Shown here in pieces: positions 61,101 to 64,000 of a DNA stretch of 64,000 nucleotides. The notes beneath the pieces were generated by a model, which was given only the letters and a program-made list of their open reading frames with translations, was not told the DNA's origin and searched no databases. The translations under genes and the position numbers were made by a program. Numbering within the stretch: the stretch's first letter is position 1; the number at the start of each line of letters is the position of its first letter. Source of the stretch: the human T2T-CHM13v2.0 reference genome, Homo sapiens. The stretch lies in NCBI RefSeq assembly GCF_009914755.1, contig NC_060925.1; one strand, given 5' to 3'.

Positions 61101-62798
61101 TAAAATGTATCATATTGATTGATTTGCATATGTTGAACCATCCTTACATCCCTGGGATAAATTCCACTTGGTAATGATGAATGATCTTTTAATGTATTGT
61201 TGAATTCAGTTTGCTAGCATTTTGTTGTGGATTTTTGCATCGATATTTATCAGACATGTTGCCTTGTAGTTTTCTTTTTTTGATGTGTCTGTTTGGCTTT
61301 GGTATTAGGGTAATATTGGCCTCCTGGGATTAACTTGGAAGTATTCCCTCTTCCTCTATTTTTTGGAACAGTTTAAGGAGGATTGGTATTAATTCTTCTT
61401 TTAAATGTTTGTAAAATTCAGCAGTGAATCCATCAGGTCCTGGGCTTTTCTTTACTGGGAGATGTCTTATTATGGCCTTGATCTTGTTACTTGTTATTGG
61501 TCTGTTCAGGTTTTGGATTTCTTCATGATTGAATTTTAGTAGGTTATATGTGTATAGGAGTTTAACCATTTCTTCTAGATTTTCCAAATTTGCTTATAGT
61601 AGCCACTAATGATCCTTTGAATTTCTGTGTTTACAGTTGTTATGTCTCCTTTTACGTCTCTGATTTCATTTATTTGTGTCTTCTCTTTTTCTGAGTCTGA
61701 CTAAAGATTTGCAAATTTTGTTTATCTTTTCAAGAAAACAACTTTTTGTTTTATTAATCTTTTGCATTGTTTTCTTCAATTAAATTCATTTATTTCTGCT
61801 CTGATTTTTATCATTTCTTTTCTTCTAGTAATATTTGGTTTGATTTGCTCTTGCTTTTCTAGTTCTTTAAGATACATTATTTGGTTGAAGATGTTCTTTT
61901 TTGATGCAGGCACTTATAGCTATGAACTTCCCTCTTAGTACTGCTTTAGCTGTATCCCATAGCTTTTGGTATGTTGTATTTCCATTATCATTTGCTTCAA
62001 GAAATCTATTAGGTCCATTTGTTCTATAGTGCAGATTGAATACAATTTTTGTTGTTATTGATTTTCTGTCTGGGAGATCTGTCCGATGCTGAAAGTAGAG
62101 TGTTGAAGTCTCCTGCTATTATTGTACTGGGGCCTATCTCTTTAGCTCTAATTTGATTTGGTTTTTATATCTGGATGCTCAAGTGTTGGGTTCAAATACA
62201 TTTACATTCATTATATCCTCTTACTGAATTGACCCCTTTTTCATCATATAATGACCATCTCTGTCTCTTCTTATAGTTTTTTCTTTAAATCTATTTTGTC
62301 TAATATACACATGGCTACTCCTGCTATTCTTTGGTTTCCATTGGCATGGAATATATTTTTCTATCCCTTTACTTTCAGTCTATTTGTATCTTTATAAGTG
62401 AAGTGTGTTTCTTATAGACAACAGATCATTGGGTCATTTTTAAAATTAATTCAGCCACTCTGTCTTTTGATTAGAGACTTAAATCCACTTAAATTTAATG
62501 TTATTATTGATAATTAAGAACTTACTCCTGCCATTGTGCTATTTGTTTTTTCATTGTTTTGCAGTCTTCTCTTCCTTGTTTTATTCCTTCTTATCTGCTT
62601 TTTGGTGAAAGTGATTTTCTTTGGTGGTCTGCTTTAATTTCATGCTCTTTGTTTTTTGTGTAGCTGTTGTAGATTTTTTGATTTGAGGTTACCATGGGGC
62701 TTTCAAATAATATTTTATAGCTGATTATTTTAAACTGATGAAAACTTGACACTGATTGCATAAAAAACACACAAAATAACTCTTTAAAAACTGTATGC

Positions 62799-63087
62799 TT
62801 TTTTTTTTTTTTTTTTTTTTGAGATAGAGTCTTGCTCTGTCACCCAGGCTGGAGTCCAGCAATGCCATCTCGGCTCACTGCAGCCTCCATGATTCTCCTA
62901 CCTTAGCCTCTCAAGTAGCTGGGATTACAGGCCTGGGCCACCATGTCCAACTAATTTTTGTATTTTCAGTAGAGACAGGGTTTCGCCATGTTGGCCAGGC
63001 TGGTCTCAAACTCCTGACCTCAAGTGATGCACCTGCCTTGGCCTCCCAAAGTGTTGAGATTACAGGTATGAGCCACTGCACTTGGTC
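62799..63087 (-). mobile_element. AluS with short internal deletion
   Basis: TSD aactgtat[g/a]cttt; lacks the gcctcccgggttcaag stretch near 62889. Confidence 0.93.
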
Positions 63088-63346
63088 CACAACTGTATAC
63101 TTTGACTTTATTCCCTTGCTATTTAACTTTTAGTTCTCTTTATGTCTTATTGTACTGTCTATGTTTTGAAATGTTGTCGTAGTTGTTATTTTTTATTGAG
63201 TCATCATTTAGTCTTTCTACTTAAGAGAAGTTTACACACCGTGAGTACTGTGTTATACTGTTCTGTATTTTTCTATGTGTTTACTATTATCAGCAAGTTG
63301 TATACCTTCAGATGATTTCTTCTTGCTCATTAAAGTCCTTTTCTTG

Positions 63347-63549
63347 GGCTGGGTGCAGTGGCTCACACCTAAAATCCCAGTACTTTGGGAGGCCAAGGCA
63401 GGCATATTGCCTGAGCTCAGGAGTTTTTGATCAGCCTGGGCAACATGATGAAATCCCATCTGTACTTGAGCCTGGGAGGTTGAGGCTGCTGTGAGTCATG
63501 ATGGTGCCATTGCACTCCCCAGCCTGGTAACAGAGCAAGACGTCATCTG

Positions 63550-63578
<29 letters not shown>
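63347..63578 (+). mobile_element. AluJ-type with central deletion
   Basis: Left arm joins directly to the middle of the right arm near 63465; long A tail; TSD aa[a/g]gtcctttt. Confidence 0.9.
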
Positions 63579-63580
<2 letters not shown>

Positions 63581-64000
63581 TCCTTTTATTTCAGAAGGAA
63601 GATCTCCCTTTAGCATTTCTTATAAGACAGAGTTGATGAAATCCCTCAGCTTTTGTTTGGCAAGGGTTTTATTTCTTCATGCTTAAAGGATATTTTCACC
63701 AGATATACTATTCTAGGGTAAAAGTTTTCTTTTTTTCCTTCAGCACTTCGTGCCACTCCCTCCTGGCCTTCTTTCCACTGAAAAGACTGCTGCCAGACAT
63801 ATTGGAGCGCCGTTCTATGTTGTTTCTTTTCTCTTGCTACTTTTAGTATCCTTTCTTTATCCTTGACCTTTCAGAGTTTGATTATTAAATGTCTTAAGGT
63901 AGTCTTCTTTGGGTTAAATCAGCTTGGTGTTCTACAACCTTCTTCTACTTGGATATTAATATACTTCTCTAGGTTTGAGAAGTTCTCTGATATTATCCCT

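Larger units (their letters stand above)
59935..64000 (-). mobile_element. Older L1 (L1MA/L1M1-2-like) ORF2, inter-ORF and ORF1 region, running off the window
   Basis: Peptide [31 protein letters not shown]; interrupted by two Alus; internal deletion near 62005. Confidence 0.9.

Overview
Hominid (most likely human) non-coding genomic DNA: AT-rich, CpG-poor, and roughly half interspersed repeats (Alu, L1, L2, MIR, MaLR/ERV LTRs, DNA-transposon fossils). I see no host protein-coding exon, RNA gene or CpG-island promoter, and I cannot name the locus. Every ORF in the track that I can recognise as a real protein is retroelement-derived. The centrepiece (41.4-50.0 kb) is a nested L1 cluster inside an ancient L1M. 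A full-length, inactivated L1PA2-type element (minus strand, intact antisense ORF0) sits head-to-head with a 5'-inverted (twin-primed) L1PA2/3-type element. Their target-site duplications abut exactly, so both used the same TTT|AAG bond on opposite strands, in the loop of an 8-bp inverted repeat. A complete THE1B-type provirus with a perfect TSD lies at 55.85-58.17 kb. A recurring second theme is short inverted or templated duplications that look like template-switch scars (5.2-6.6, 33.4, 51.7-52.5, 53.0 and 58.06 kb). I found no convincing new gene system; the findings are structural and evolutionary. Repeat subfamily names come from recalled consensus sequences, and boundaries of old repeats are approximate.
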